A DNA stretch of 64,000 nucleotides, taken from assembly GCA_963764625.1 (NCBI GenBank), contig CAVXTH010000006.1, forward strand, positions 448,001 to 512,000. The letters run 5' to 3'. This document shows, piece by piece, positions 35,577 through 45,256 of this stretch. Positions within the stretch are counted from its first letter, which is position 1; each line of letters begins with the position of its first letter. The position numbers and the translations under genes were made by a program. This DNA is from Candidatus Krumholzibacteriota bacterium (lineage in GTDB: Bacteria > Krumholzibacteriota > Krumholzibacteriia > JAJRXK01). The notes under the pieces are model-generated. The model ran no database searches. It was not told the origin of the DNA and worked only from the letters and a program-made list of their open reading frames with translations.

Positions 35577-36523
35577 GCTTGCCGGCCCCGCAGCTCATTC
35601 GATCTGAGGCGCAGATCGATGAGATCCTTGCGCTGGCGCGCCAGGACGCAACGCCCTTGGTCTTCGTTCCCACCATGGGCGATTTGCACGAGGGTCATTT
35701 GACCCTCGTGCGCCTGGGCGCGAAACTGGGCTCGGTCGTGGTGAGTATCTTCGTGAACCCCACCCAATTCGGCCCTCACGAAGATTTCGAGAGCTATCCG
35801 CGTGACCTCCAGCGTGATCTGGATCTCCTGCAAGAGGTGGGTGGAGTCAGCGCGGTCTACGCACCCGCGGTGGAGGAGATCTACCGGCCGGGCGACTCCA
35901 CTTGCGTGGAGGTGACGGGACTGGGTGAGATTCTGGAAGGTGAGTATCGACCCGGGCATCTCCGCGGCGTCACCACCGTGTTGGCCAAGCTCTTCTTGTC
36001 GCTGAATCCCCAAATCGCGGTCTTCGGCCAGAAGGATGCGCAACAGTGCCTGGTGGTGAAGCGAATGGTCGAAGATCTGCGGCTTCCCCTACGGCTTCTC
36101 TTCGTGCCGACGGTGCGCGAAGACGATGGGCTCGCCTTGAGTTCACGGAATCGGTATCTCTCCAGCGAAGAGAGAACCCAAGCCCTCGCGTTGAGTCGCG
36201 CGCTTCGACTGGGCCAGCAACTCCTGCGCGATGGTGAGCGGAATCCGGGAATGATCGAGTCGGCCATGTCCACCTCGATGGAGGAGGAGCGGGTTCGAGT
36301 GGATTACGCGGTGATGCGCGCGGTCGAGGATCTGAGCGTGGTGCGCGAGGCGGAGGGGCACCTCCTGCTCGCGGTGGCGGCGAAAGTGGGCAAGGCTCGG
36401 CTTATCGACAACCTCTGCCTCAGAGTCTCTCCGAGCGGGGTGGAGGAAGCCTCTCTGGACGAAGAGGCGACTCTCGAGGCTCTCCTGGCCAAGCAGGGCG
36501 ATGCGAGGGGTGGAGTCAAGTGA
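35573..36523 (+). CDS. panC: Pantoate-beta-alanine ligase
   Basis: VPTMGDLHEGH, SIFVNPTQF, RPGH, FGQKDAQQ, GLALSSRN, RLIDN. Confidence 0.95.
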   Translation: MSLPAPQLIRSEAQIDEILALARQDATPLVFVPTMGDLHEGHLTLVRLGAKLGSVVVSIFVNPTQFGPHEDFESYPRDLQRDLDLLQEVGGVSAVYAPAVEEIYRPGDSTCVEVTGLGEILEGEYRPGHLRGVTTVLAKLFLSLNPQIAVFGQKDAQQCLVVKRMVEDLRLPLRLLFVPTVREDDGLALSSRNRYLSSEERTQALALSRALRLGQQLLRDGERNPGMIESAMSTSMEEERVRVDYAVMRAVEDLSVVREAEGHLLLAVAAKVGKARLIDNLCLRVSPSGVEEASLDEEATLEALLAKQGDARGGVK

Positions 36524-37262
36524 ACGAGATCTTCGTGGTGGTCTTAGCTGCAGGCAAGGGCACTCGGATGAAGAGCGAGAAAGCGAAAGTCCTGCACGAG
36601 GTGGCGGGAAAGCCCATGCTCAGCCACGTGCTGTCCACTCTGCAGCGGTTGGGCGCGGACCAGACGGTGGTGGTGGTCGGACATCAGGCGGACGCGGTTT
36701 CCGAAGTCTGCCGTGGCTTCGCGGTCGAGACGGTACTCCAGGCCGAGCAGTTGGGAACCGGTCACGCAGTGGAGCAGACCCGGGGACTTCTGGAAGGACG
36801 CGAGGGTCTCACTCTCATTCTGAGCGGCGACGTGCCTTTGCTGCGGGCCGAGACTCTGCTCACGCTCCGGGAAGCCGTCGCGAAAGGAACGCGGCCGCCA
36901 GCGTTCTTACCGCGGTCACCGCCGATGCTAGCGGATACGGGCGCATTCTGCGGGGTGACTCCAAGGAGATCGTCGGCATCGTGGAAGAGAAGGACGCCAG
37001 CGAGAGTCAGCGCAGCATCAGAGAGTACAATACGGGTACCTACTGCTTCCAAAACGCACTACTATGGCCGCTCATGCGACAGTTGAATACGGACAACGCG
37101 CAGGGCGAATTCTATCTCACCGATCTCGTTGCGCTTCTGGTGCGAGGCGGAGAGAGAGTGGAAGGCGTCGTGTGCGAAGACGAACGTGAAGTGCAGGGAG
37201 TGAATACGATCGAGGACTTGGCGCGAGCGCAGCGCGACTGGGAGGTACTTCACCGTGGATAG
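36520..37262 (+). CDS. GlmU-like N-acetylglucosamine-1-phosphate uridylyltransferase domain only; split by one frameshift near 36885
   Basis: Frame from 36520: LAAGKGTRMKS, QLGTGHAV, GDVP. Other frame from about 36888: GYGRI, IVEEKDA, EYNTG, NAQGEFYLTD, GVN. No LbH acetyltransferase domain. Confidence 0.82.
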
Positions 37263-37743
37263 ACTCTTCACCCCGTGGCGCCGGTCCTACGTGACCTCGC
37301 TCAACAAGCCTTCGTCCTGCGTCTTGTGCGAAGTTGCGAAGAGCGACGACCAGAGCTCTCGCATTCTCCTGCGCCGGGGCGGCTGGTACGTGGTAATGAA
37401 CAAGTATCCTTACACGACCGGACACATGATGCTGGTGGCCGAACGTCATCTGGGAAGCCTCGAGGAGCTGAGCGAGAGCGAGAGCAAGAGCCAACCCGAG
37501 CTCCTGGCCCAGTGTGAGCACGCCTTGCGCGAGGCCTACCATCCCCACGGTCTGAACATCGGGCTCAATCTGGGTCGCGCCGCGGGCGCTGGCGTGAAAG
37601 GCCATCTGCACTGGCATGTTCTGCCGCGCTGGGAAGGGGACTCGAACTTCATCTCGGTGGTGGGGGATACCCGCGTGCTGCCCGAGACCCTGGACGAGAG
37701 CTACGCTCGACTTTTGCCCTACTTTCGACAGAAGGAATCGTGA
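37255..37743 (+). CDS. HIT-family hydrolase
   Basis: TPWRRSY, CVLC, NKYPYTTGH, HLHWH. Confidence 0.9.
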   Translation: MDRLFTPWRRSYVTSLNKPSSCVLCEVAKSDDQSSRILLRRGGWYVVMNKYPYTTGHMMLVAERHLGSLEELSESESKSQPELLAQCEHALREAYHPHGLNIGLNLGRAAGAGVKGHLHWHVLPRWEGDSNFISVVGDTRVLPETLDESYARLLPYFRQKES

Positions 37744-38135
37744 GCCGCACCTCGATCATCCTCATCGGGCTGCTGCTGCTCTGTCTGGTCTCGGCCGTCC
37801 TCGCGCGCTTCGGCCGCCACCACGAAGAACCCCTGGCGCGGCTCACCATCGAGGTACTCAACGGCTGTGGAGAGGAAGGAGCCGCGGCGGCGACGGCGAA
37901 GAAGCTCAGGAGTCTGGGGCAGGACGTGGTCAAGGTGGCCGACCTCGGCCGCAAAGATTACGATCACAGCCTCCTGGTGGATCGGAAAGGCCGCCCCTGG
38001 CTGACCCGGCGCCTGGCTTCACGCCTTGGGGGTCTTTTGGTGGTCCTCGAAAGGCGGTCGGACGCGGAGGTGGACTTGACCTTCATCGTGGGGAAGGACT
38101 ACGCCGCGGCGTGGAAGCAAAAGTCGGGTCTCTGA
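37740..38135 (+). CDS. LytR C-terminal domain membrane protein
   Basis: N-terminal TM, IEVLNGCG..GAA, DLTFIVGKDY. Confidence 0.8.
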   Translation: MSRTSIILIGLLLLCLVSAVLARFGRHHEEPLARLTIEVLNGCGEEGAAAATAKKLRSLGQDVVKVADLGRKDYDHSLLVDRKGRPWLTRRLASRLGGLLVVLERRSDAEVDLTFIVGKDYAAAWKQKSGL

Positions 38136-38145
38136 CGGGGCCGCT

Positions 38146-38173
38146 TTGCCTCTGGCGGGGCTCGTGCTATGGT
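38146..38173 (+). promoter_or_regulatory. Candidate internal extended -10 promoter upstream of DUF4321-tatA-mrfAB
   Basis: TTGCCT, 16 nt spacer, TATGGT preceded by TGc. Confidence 0.45.
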
Positions 38174-38203
38174 GCGGCGCGATGAGCGGATTGAGAAAGG
38201 CAG

Positions 38204-38479
38204 GTGGACAAACTGGAACGTCGGCGACTGGGAACGGTAACCCTGATCTTCTTCTTGGGGATTCTCGTGGGGAGTGTGTTCAGCCAAGCGGTGGGGTTGT
38301 TCCTTCCCGAGGGCTCGACCGCCCACCAGCTCTTCGTCCAGTATCTTTCGTTTGGATTCGGGCCGGCGCCCCTCAATCTCATTATCTTTGACGTGACACT
38401 GGGATTTCACATCCACGTGAATCTGCTGAGCGTCATCGGAATCTTCCTGGTGGCGCAGGTTCTTCGCTGGTATCGCTAG
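38204..38479 (+). CDS. DUF4321-like small membrane protein
   Basis: GILVGS, P..LNL...TLGF.I.VNLLSVIG pattern. Confidence 0.7.
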   Translation: MDKLERRRLGTVTLIFFLGILVGSVFSQAVGLFLPEGSTAHQLFVQYLSFGFGPAPLNLIIFDVTLGFHIHVNLLSVIGIFLVAQVLRWYR

Positions 38480-38497
38480 CGGAGTTTAGGAGGGATC

Positions 38498-38722
38498 ATG
38501 GTCGATCTGAATCTGCCGATTGCTCTCATTCCCAGCTTCGGCTGGCAGGAGGGTTTGGTCATTCTTGCGGTCGTCCTCTTGGTCTTCGGTCCGTCGAAAC
38601 TCCCCGAGGTGGCGGAAGCCATGGGGAAGTCCATTCGCAAGTTCAAGAACGCCACGCGCGACGTGGAGGACTCGATCAAGGATGAAGTCAACCGCATCGA
38701 TGAGGGAGAGAAGAAAGACTAG
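38498..38722 (+). CDS. tatA: Twin-arginine translocase TatA/TatE
   Basis: GWQE, LLVFGPSKLPEVA..MGKSIRKFK. Confidence 0.92.
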   Translation: MVDLNLPIALIPSFGWQEGLVILAVVLLVFGPSKLPEVAEAMGKSIRKFKNATRDVEDSIKDEVNRIDEGEKKD

Positions 38723-38769
38723 AAGAGAGCATCGTCACCAAGAACCTCGCTAGAGCCTAGGGAGCAGCC

Positions 38770-41067
38770 TTGAATCTGCATCAGCTCCTTGCTCGCTTGC
38801 AGAGCGACGCAGAGTTTAACCGTAATGTCACCCTTTGGCACACGCTGCCGGCCGAGTCAGCGAAGTACGTCCCCTTTCCGGAAGATCTCGATCCGCGGTT
38901 GAAGGACGCGTTGATCGCGAAGGGGATCGGCGCCCTCTACACCCACCAGGCCAAGGCCTACGAAATGGTGCGCGCGGGGCGGCACACGGTCGTGGTGACG
39001 CCGACGGCCAGTGGAAAGACCCTCTGCTACAATTTGCCCGTGCTTCAGGCCTGTCTAGAGGATGGGGAGGCGCGAGCTCTCTATCTCTTTCCCACCAAGG
39101 CACTCAGCCAGGACCAGATGCAAGGGCTCCATGGCTTGATCGAAGCCATGGGGGTGGACATCAAGACCTACACCTTCGACGGGGACACTCCCGCTTCGGC
39201 GCGGCGCACCATTCGCAGCAGCGGACACATCGTAGTCACCAATCCCGACATGCTGCACCAGGGGATCCTCCCGCATCATACCGCCTGGATCAAACTCTTC
39301 GAGAACCTGCGCTACGTCGTGATCGACGAGGTCCATCAATACCGTGGAGTCTTCGGCAGCCACCTCGCCAACGTCATTCGAAGACTGCGCCGCATTTGCC
39401 GTTTCTATGGCAGCGATCCGGTGTTTCTGTGTTCCAGCGCCACGGTGGCGAACCCGGTGGAGCATGCGGGACACCTGCTGTCCGAAGAGGTGGAGCTGGT
39501 CGACGAAAATGGCGCGCCGCGCGGCGAGAAACACTTGATCTTCTACAACCCCGCGGTCGTCAATGCGGAACTGGGGATCCGCCGGAGCGTCATAAAGGAG
39601 GCGGCGAGACTGTCCGAGCCGTTTCTGTCGACCGGGGTGCAGGTCATTCTCTTCGGTCGAAGCCGCCTGCGCGTGGAACTCTTGCTCACCTATCTCAAGA
39701 GGACTCTGAGCAAACTGCACAAGTCGCCTACCTTGGCGCGGGGGTACCGTGGCGGCTACCTGCCGAGCGAACGGCGCGCCATCGAACACGGGCTCCGAGA
39801 GGGAGACATACTGGCCGTCGCATCGACGAACGCTCTGGAGCTCGGCATCGACATTGGGCAGCTCGACGTCTGCATCATGGCCGGCTACGCGGGAACGGTG
39901 GCGTCAACCTGGCAGCAGGCCGGAAGGGCGGGACGCAGACGAGGAGTGAGCGTCGCGATCGTCGTGGCCTCGAGTAATCCGCTCGATCAGTACATCATCT
40001 CGCACCCGGATTTCTTTCTGGAGTCCAACCCCGAGACCGCCATCGTGGACCCCGACAACCTCGCGATCCTCCTGAGTCACTTGAAGTGCGCCGCGTTCGA
40101 ATTGCCTTTCACCAGGGACGAACGGTTCGGAGGGGTCTCGGCGACTTCGGAGATGTTGCAGTACCTACAGGAAAACGGCGTACTGAATTCCAGCGGCGAC
40201 AAGTGGCATTGGATTGCCGATACCTATCCGGCTGAAGATGTGAGCCTGCGCAGCGCGGCGGTGGAGAACGTGGTCATCGTGGACACCACCACCTCTCGTC
40301 GTGTGATCGGCGAGACCGATCTCTTCAGCGCGCAACTGCTGCTCCACGACGACGCCATCTACATCCACGAGGGCAGACAGCATCACGTCGATCATCTCGA
40401 TTGGGAGCGCAAAGAGGCCTACGTAACGCAGGTCGAGGTCGACTACTACACCGACGCGCAGCTCAAGACCGAGCTTCACGCCCTGGATCAGCTGGAGAGC
40501 GAGGACCTCGCTCTGGGAACGAAGGCCCACGGGGAAATCGGGTTGATCACCAAAGCCACCATGTTCAAGAAAATCAAGCTGGGCACGCACGAAAACGTCG
40601 GGGCCGGCAAGATTCAGCTGCCCGAGTTGGAGCATCACACCACGAGCTACTGGTGGCGTCTCGAGGAGACTCTCGCCGAACACATGCGCGACGATGGACT
40701 CGACCTGGGGGAGGGTCTCAAGGGTCTGGCCCACCTTCTTGGGAAGGTGGCGCCTCTGTACATCATGGCCGATCCGGCGGACGTCCGAGCGGTGCCCATG
40801 CTGAAATCTCCGCTCACCTCCAGCCCCACCCTGTTCATCTACGACGTGTACCCCGGAGGGGTGGGCTTCGCGCGCAAACTGTTTTCGCTGCACGACCTTC
40901 TCCTGAAAGCCGCGCTCGCGCGCCTCAAGGAGTGTCCGTGTCCCGACGGTTGTCCTTCGTGTGTCGGTTCGAGTCTGGAAACCGGGGGACGGGCGAAGAC
41001 CTCCGCGCTCTTCCTGCTCCGAGAGGGTGGCGTGAAGCGCTCGCGTCGGGCCGCGAGCAGCGCTTGA
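38770..41067 (+). CDS. mrfA: MrfA/YprA (Hrq1-like) DEAH helicase with DUF1998 Zn domain
   Basis: TPTASGKT, FPTKAL..DQ, TNPDMLH, DEVH, SAT, ALELGIDIG, QQAGRAGR, C-terminal CPCPDGCPSC. Confidence 0.9.
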   Translation: MNLHQLLARLQSDAEFNRNVTLWHTLPAESAKYVPFPEDLDPRLKDALIAKGIGALYTHQAKAYEMVRAGRHTVVVTPTASGKTLCYNLPVLQACLEDGEARALYLFPTKALSQDQMQGLHGLIEAMGVDIKTYTFDGDTPASARRTIRSSGHIVVTNPDMLHQGILPHHTAWIKLFENLRYVVIDEVHQYRGVFGSHLANVIRRLRRICRFYGSDPVFLCSSATVANPVEHAGHLLSEEVELVDENGAPRGEKHLIFYNPAVVNAELGIRRSVIKEAARLSEPFLSTGVQVILFGRSRLRVELLLTYLKRTLSKLHKSPTLARGYRGGYLPSERRAIEHGLREGDILAVASTNALELGIDIGQLDVCIMAGYAGTVASTWQQAGRAGRRRGVSVAIVVASSNPLDQYIISHPDFFLESNPETAIVDPDNLAILLSHLKCAAFELPFTRDERFGGVSATSEMLQYLQENGVLNSSGDKWHWIADTYPAEDVSLRSAAVENVVIVDTTTSRRVIGETDLFSAQLLLHDDAIYIHEGRQHHVDHLDWERKEAYVTQVEVDYYTDAQLKTELHALDQLESEDLALGTKAHGEIGLITKATMFKKIKLGTHENVGAGKIQLPELEHHTTSYWWRLEETLAEHMRDDGLDLGEGLKGLAHLLGKVAPLYIMADPADVRAVPMLKSPLTSSPTLFIYDVYPGGVGFARKLFSLHDLLLKAALARLKECPCPDGCPSCVGSSLETGGRAKTSALFLLREGGVKRSRRAASSA

Positions 41068-41072
41068 GAGCG

Positions 41073-42311
41073 ATGCAGGAACGTGATCTGCGTTCCCGTC
41101 TGGCGTTCTTCGACAAGAAGCACGCCAAGCTCACACCGAAGCCGTCCAGCGTCGATCCACGGGTCATGGACCGTGCGCTCGCGCGCTTGGGAGGGCGGAT
41201 CCTGGGCCACGGACCCACGCGCTACCTCCGCATCGAAGAGCCGGTCGATCCGGGAATGTGTCCGGGAAGCCCCACCGGGTGCGTACCGGCCGAGGCTTGG
41301 TACCGGCTCACCGGCAGGGCCGCGCCGAGGGGAGACCATTGGGTGGTGCTGGATACCGAGACGACGGGTCTGCAGACCGGCGCGGGTGGTTTGGTCTTTC
41401 TCGTGGGGCTGCTGCACTGGCAGCCCGGGGGAGCGCGTCTGGTCCAGTACTTCATTCCCGAGCCGGCGGGGGAGACCGGCATGCTCGAGGACTTGTGGAA
41501 CGAGCTCGAGGCGGTGGACGCGATCGTCAGCTACAACGGACTCGCGTTCGACTGCCCGCGTCTGCGCACCCGGGGAATTCTCTCCCGGCTCGACCCCGAG
41601 GTCTTCGACCTTCCTCAACTCGATCTCATGCATCCGGCCCGTAGGATCGCCGCCGCCTGGCTGCCCGATTGCCGGCTCAAGAGTCTGGAGGAGACGCTCC
41701 TGGGCTTCACCCGCGTGGACGACCTGCCGGGAAGCGAAATCCCGGAAGTCTATCGCACTTGGCTGAGCGAGGGTCAGCAGCCGGAGCTGGAGAGGGTCCT
41801 GGAACACAATCGGAAGGACGTGGAGAATCTCATGCGGCTGGCGACCGTTCTTGCCTCGATCTACTCCGATGGCGAGGATCCGCTCGAGTTACCTCCAACT
41901 GCGCACCACCGGCTGGGGAGAACTCTTCTAGCGCGCAAACGCGTCATGGCGGCTCGATACCGCTTCGAGCGCGCGGTGAGGGAGGGAGAGGGGGAGACGG
42001 CTCGGGGCGCAGTCTTGGAGCTGGCTCGGCTGCACAAGAGAGTGGGCGAGTGGCAGAAGGCCCAGGCAATCTACGAGAGAGCTCTGAAAGACTGGCCCTC
42101 GTGGATTCCGGGCCACGTGGAGCTGGCCAAGATCCAGGAGCACCAGCGAAGAGATCCGGCTTCGGCTTTGGACACCGTGACGAGAGCGCTCAAGTTGCTC
42201 GGAAGTTTCTCCTCGGAGGAACGAGATGAAGTCTTTCCGCCGGGGACTGATGAGCTAGAATACCGCCGACAACGCCTGTGCCGCCGTCTGTCAAAGGTCG
42301 CCCTATCGTGA
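41073..42311 (+). CDS. mrfB: MrfB/YprB-like RNase H-fold exonuclease with TPR tail
   Basis: LDTETTGL, SYNGLAFD, DLMHPARR, LEHNRKDV, then TPR-like helices. Directly follows mrfA. Confidence 0.82.
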   Translation: MQERDLRSRLAFFDKKHAKLTPKPSSVDPRVMDRALARLGGRILGHGPTRYLRIEEPVDPGMCPGSPTGCVPAEAWYRLTGRAAPRGDHWVVLDTETTGLQTGAGGLVFLVGLLHWQPGGARLVQYFIPEPAGETGMLEDLWNELEAVDAIVSYNGLAFDCPRLRTRGILSRLDPEVFDLPQLDLMHPARRIAAAWLPDCRLKSLEETLLGFTRVDDLPGSEIPEVYRTWLSEGQQPELERVLEHNRKDVENLMRLATVLASIYSDGEDPLELPPTAHHRLGRTLLARKRVMAARYRFERAVREGEGETARGAVLELARLHKRVGEWQKAQAIYERALKDWPSWIPGHVELAKIQEHQRRDPASALDTVTRALKLLGSFSSEERDEVFPPGTDELEYRRQRLCRRLSKVALS

Positions 42312-43321
42312 ATGCGAGTGAACAACTGCGGCGAGTCTCGGCCCGCAAACGCGCTGCCGCATTTTCCATCGCCCTCAGCGTTGTGCTGCTGGGGGCCAAG
42401 GTCTTTGCGTGGCGTCTCACTGCCTCCACCGCGATTCTCTCGGATGCCATCGAGACGACGATCAACGTCGTCGCCGCCAGTCTCGCCTACTTTTCGATCG
42501 TCCAGGGTGCCAAACCTCCCGACCGCGATCATCCCTACGGACACGGCAAGGCCGAGGACTTTTCGGCTGGGGTCGAGGGAACCCTCATCGTCATCGCGGC
42601 GCTTCTCATCGTGTGGCACGCGCTGCACCGCCTGTTCGATCCGCGCGCGATCGGGCAACTGGATCTGGGGCTCTTGATCATTCTGGGCACGAGTGTCGCC
42701 AACGGTGCGGCGGGCATGTATCTCATCCGGCAGGGGCGAAGCCATGTCAGTCAGGCGTTGGTCGCAGACGGCTACCACCTCATCACCGACACCGTCACCA
42801 GCGTCGGGGTGGTCGTCGGGCTCATCCTGGTGCGGTTCACCGGTAGAGAGTGGCTGGATCCCGTGGCGGCGATTGCGGTGGCGGCCCACATCCTCGTGGT
42901 CGGTTTACAACTCATGCGTCAGTCCGTCGGACGTCTGATGGACGAGGCCGACGAGGAACTTCTCGAGGAGATCGCGACGAGACTTCAGATCACCCGTCTT
43001 CCCGAGTGGATCGACATGCACGAGCTCAGGGTTTGGCGCAGTGGTGATCTCCGGCACATCGATCTGCACCTCACGCTGCCCTGTTACTGGACCGTCGAAC
43101 AGGCCCACGAGACACAAGCTCACCTGAGGGAAGTGCTTCTCGCTCCCTACGACGGGAGAGGGGAGTGCATCGTCCACCTGGATCCGTGCAAGCCAGTGTG
43201 TTGCCACATCTGCGCGGTCAGTAATTGTACAGTGCGCGAGGCCCCGCTGCAGACGCGTCCGGAATGGACGGCGGAGATTCTCGTCCGGGGCCCCGAGGAA
43301 ACCCGCGCGATACGCAACTAG
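42308..43321 (+). CDS. Cation diffusion facilitator (FieF-like) transporter
   Basis: SDAIE, PPDRDHPYGHGKAE, ADGYHLITD, VHLDPC with a Cys-rich tail. Confidence 0.9.
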   Translation: MNASEQLRRVSARKRAAAFSIALSVVLLGAKVFAWRLTASTAILSDAIETTINVVAASLAYFSIVQGAKPPDRDHPYGHGKAEDFSAGVEGTLIVIAALLIVWHALHRLFDPRAIGQLDLGLLIILGTSVANGAAGMYLIRQGRSHVSQALVADGYHLITDTVTSVGVVVGLILVRFTGREWLDPVAAIAVAAHILVVGLQLMRQSVGRLMDEADEELLEEIATRLQITRLPEWIDMHELRVWRSGDLRHIDLHLTLPCYWTVEQAHETQAHLREVLLAPYDGRGECIVHLDPCKPVCCHICAVSNCTVREAPLQTRPEWTAEILVRGPEETRAIRN

Positions 43322-45132
43322 AGAAAGTCGGCGCGGTGATCCTCGATCACGGCGGATTTCCGTAGCTTGTTCTGCCAAGCCAGCAAAAGTTCCCGGCGCC
43401 GGGTGAAGAGCAAGGACTTGCTCAGCGACGCTCTCTGCGACTTGAACTCCATTTCGTCGAAGGGAGTCTTGTAGAGTAGCTTGACGACGTACACGCCCCG
43501 CTGGGTTCTCAACTCGGGAAGCATTTCGCCGACCTTGAGGCCCAGGGCCGCTCTCGCGAACGAGGTGGCGAAACCGATCCCCGGGATGTTCTCCCTCAGA
43601 GTGAAGGTATCGGTTACAGCGTGCTCGAGGCCGAGTTTTTTGGCCGCGCCGGCGAGGCTCGCGCCGTTTTGGATCTCGGTCCAGGCGTTCTTGATCTTCT
43701 CCGCCGCTAGGTCCGTGCGCCGCTGGCGCTGGATTCGGCTCACGATGAGGGAACGCACATCCTCCTGGGGGCGGTACCCGGCCGCAATCTTCTGCGCGAC
43801 CTCGAAGAGGTAGAAGGCGTCCTGCGTCTCGAACACGGGGGAGAGGGTTCCGGTGTCGTGTTCGAACGCGAAATTCGTCCCGGCCAGACTGTTGGCCAGG
43901 TTGGGAATGTTCAGAGTGGCCTGAAACGGCGCGGTCGTGGTGACCTTCATGTCGGCCGCGGCCGCGGCCTTTTCCAGCCCCACGTTCTTCGCGGAGTCAT
44001 GAAGGTCGTTGGCCTTCAACCGTAACTCGTCGGTGGTGGCCTGACTGGCCACGCGGTGCAAGAGGATGTGACGTGCCTTGATCTCGGTCCGCTTGCCTTT
44101 CGCGTCGGTCTTCTCGTCTTCGACCAGAATGAGTTGGTAACCGGAGGGAGTCTTCAACGGCTTGGAGATCTCGCCCACCGGCAGCGCGAACGCCGCATCG
44201 GTGAAGGCCTGCGACATCCGATTCCGATCAAAGAAACCCAGTTCACCGCCTTGGCTCGCGTTGCTCGTATCCTCGCTGTAGGTCTGGGCGGCTTCTTCGA
44301 AGGTGGTCTTGCCGCTCATGACGTCCTTGCGAACCTCGTCCAGGATCGAGATGAGCTCCTGCTCGTCCTGAGCACTGGGCTCCTTGGAAAGGGTGACGAG
44401 CCGCACCGAGACCTGCTCGGGCATTCTGTAGTCGTCTTTATAGTCGTTGTAGAAGGCCTTCACTTCGTCGTCGGTCACTTCCTCGTTCTTCAGGTCGACC
44501 GCGCTCAGCTCGGCGCCCACGTATTCGGCGACCGCGTGCGTGTTCTGCTCGGCGAACGCCTCGCGCAGTTCCGCTTCGCTCACCAGCGCTTTACCGCTGA
44601 TATAATTCTCGAGTTTCTGCAGAGGAACGGTGGAGCGGATGTAGTTCTCGATCTGGTCCCAGGGCAAATTCGGGTTGTTCAAGGCACGAACGTAGGCCTC
44701 GGTGTCGACCTTTCCGTTTTCGTCCGTGAACTGAGACAAGAGAAATGGGGGAGGATTGTTGGAGAGGATGTCGACGATTTCATCATCGCTCACCGACAGG
44801 CCCAGCTTGTCCGCCTGCTGCCGTTCGAGGGTCTCGAGGACGATGTCGTTGTACGCCTGCTCCCGGGCGCGCATGGTCTGGTTCTCGCTGAGACTCTCGC
44901 CTTCGGGAAGTTGCGCGCGCATCTGCTCGAGAATTCCATTGACCCGCTGGTTGAAATCCTCGTAGCTGACTTCGATGCCGTTGACAGTGACGATCGCACT
45001 GGTGCGGCGTTGCGGCTGTTTGTTCTTTCCCCCTTCGAGTCCAATTCCCCAGACGAGAAAGGTGAGACCCAAGAAGGTGACGATCACCACCAAGTAGATT
45101 ATCTTTACCCGGTCTCGCATCGCTTGCATCAT
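43318..45132 (-). CDS. PpiD/SurA-like periplasmic chaperone / parvulin PPIase
   Basis: MMQAMRD.. plus a TM anchor, SurA-N-like helices, YSED..NASQGGELG, ARHILL. Confidence 0.88.
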   Translation of the reverse strand: MMQAMRDRVKIIYLVVIVTFLGLTFLVWGIGLEGGKNKQPQRRTSAIVTVNGIEVSYEDFNQRVNGILEQMRAQLPEGESLSENQTMRAREQAYNDIVLETLERQQADKLGLSVSDDEIVDILSNNPPPFLLSQFTDENGKVDTEAYVRALNNPNLPWDQIENYIRSTVPLQKLENYISGKALVSEAELREAFAEQNTHAVAEYVGAELSAVDLKNEEVTDDEVKAFYNDYKDDYRMPEQVSVRLVTLSKEPSAQDEQELISILDEVRKDVMSGKTTFEEAAQTYSEDTSNASQGGELGFFDRNRMSQAFTDAAFALPVGEISKPLKTPSGYQLILVEDEKTDAKGKRTEIKARHILLHRVASQATTDELRLKANDLHDSAKNVGLEKAAAAADMKVTTTAPFQATLNIPNLANSLAGTNFAFEHDTGTLSPVFETQDAFYLFEVAQKIAAGYRPQEDVRSLIVSRIQRQRRTDLAAEKIKNAWTEIQNGASLAGAAKKLGLEHAVTDTFTLRENIPGIGFATSFARAALGLKVGEMLPELRTQRGVYVVKLLYKTPFDEMEFKSQRASLSKSLLFTRRRELLLAWQNKLRKSAVIEDHRADFL

Positions 45133-45256
45133 GAGAAAACACTCTCCCGCCCAGGATTCCGCTACGTTCTCAGGCCGCGCGGTGGCGCGCTGCCTCGGAG
45201 GTTGCCCCGCAGTTTCTCGATGCCGCGCGGGGGAAGCAAGACCTGAAAGAGTATCA

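Noticed and set aside
36876-36890. Programmed -1 frameshift in the glmU-like gene
   Set aside because: No in-frame X XXY YYZ slippery heptamer, and three other similar indels in the window point to sequencing error.
40401-41072. N-terminal extension of the 636-aa ORF (similar extensions at 10968-11441, 45133-45420 and 60874-61251)
   Set aside because: They overlap neighbouring genes and are compositionally spurious; better downstream starts exist.
38770-42311. Helicase-nuclease pair as an anti-phage system (DISARM DrmB-like DUF1998)
   Set aside because: The architecture and partner match the MrfA/MrfB repair pair in a housekeeping context, with no methylase or drmA nearby.
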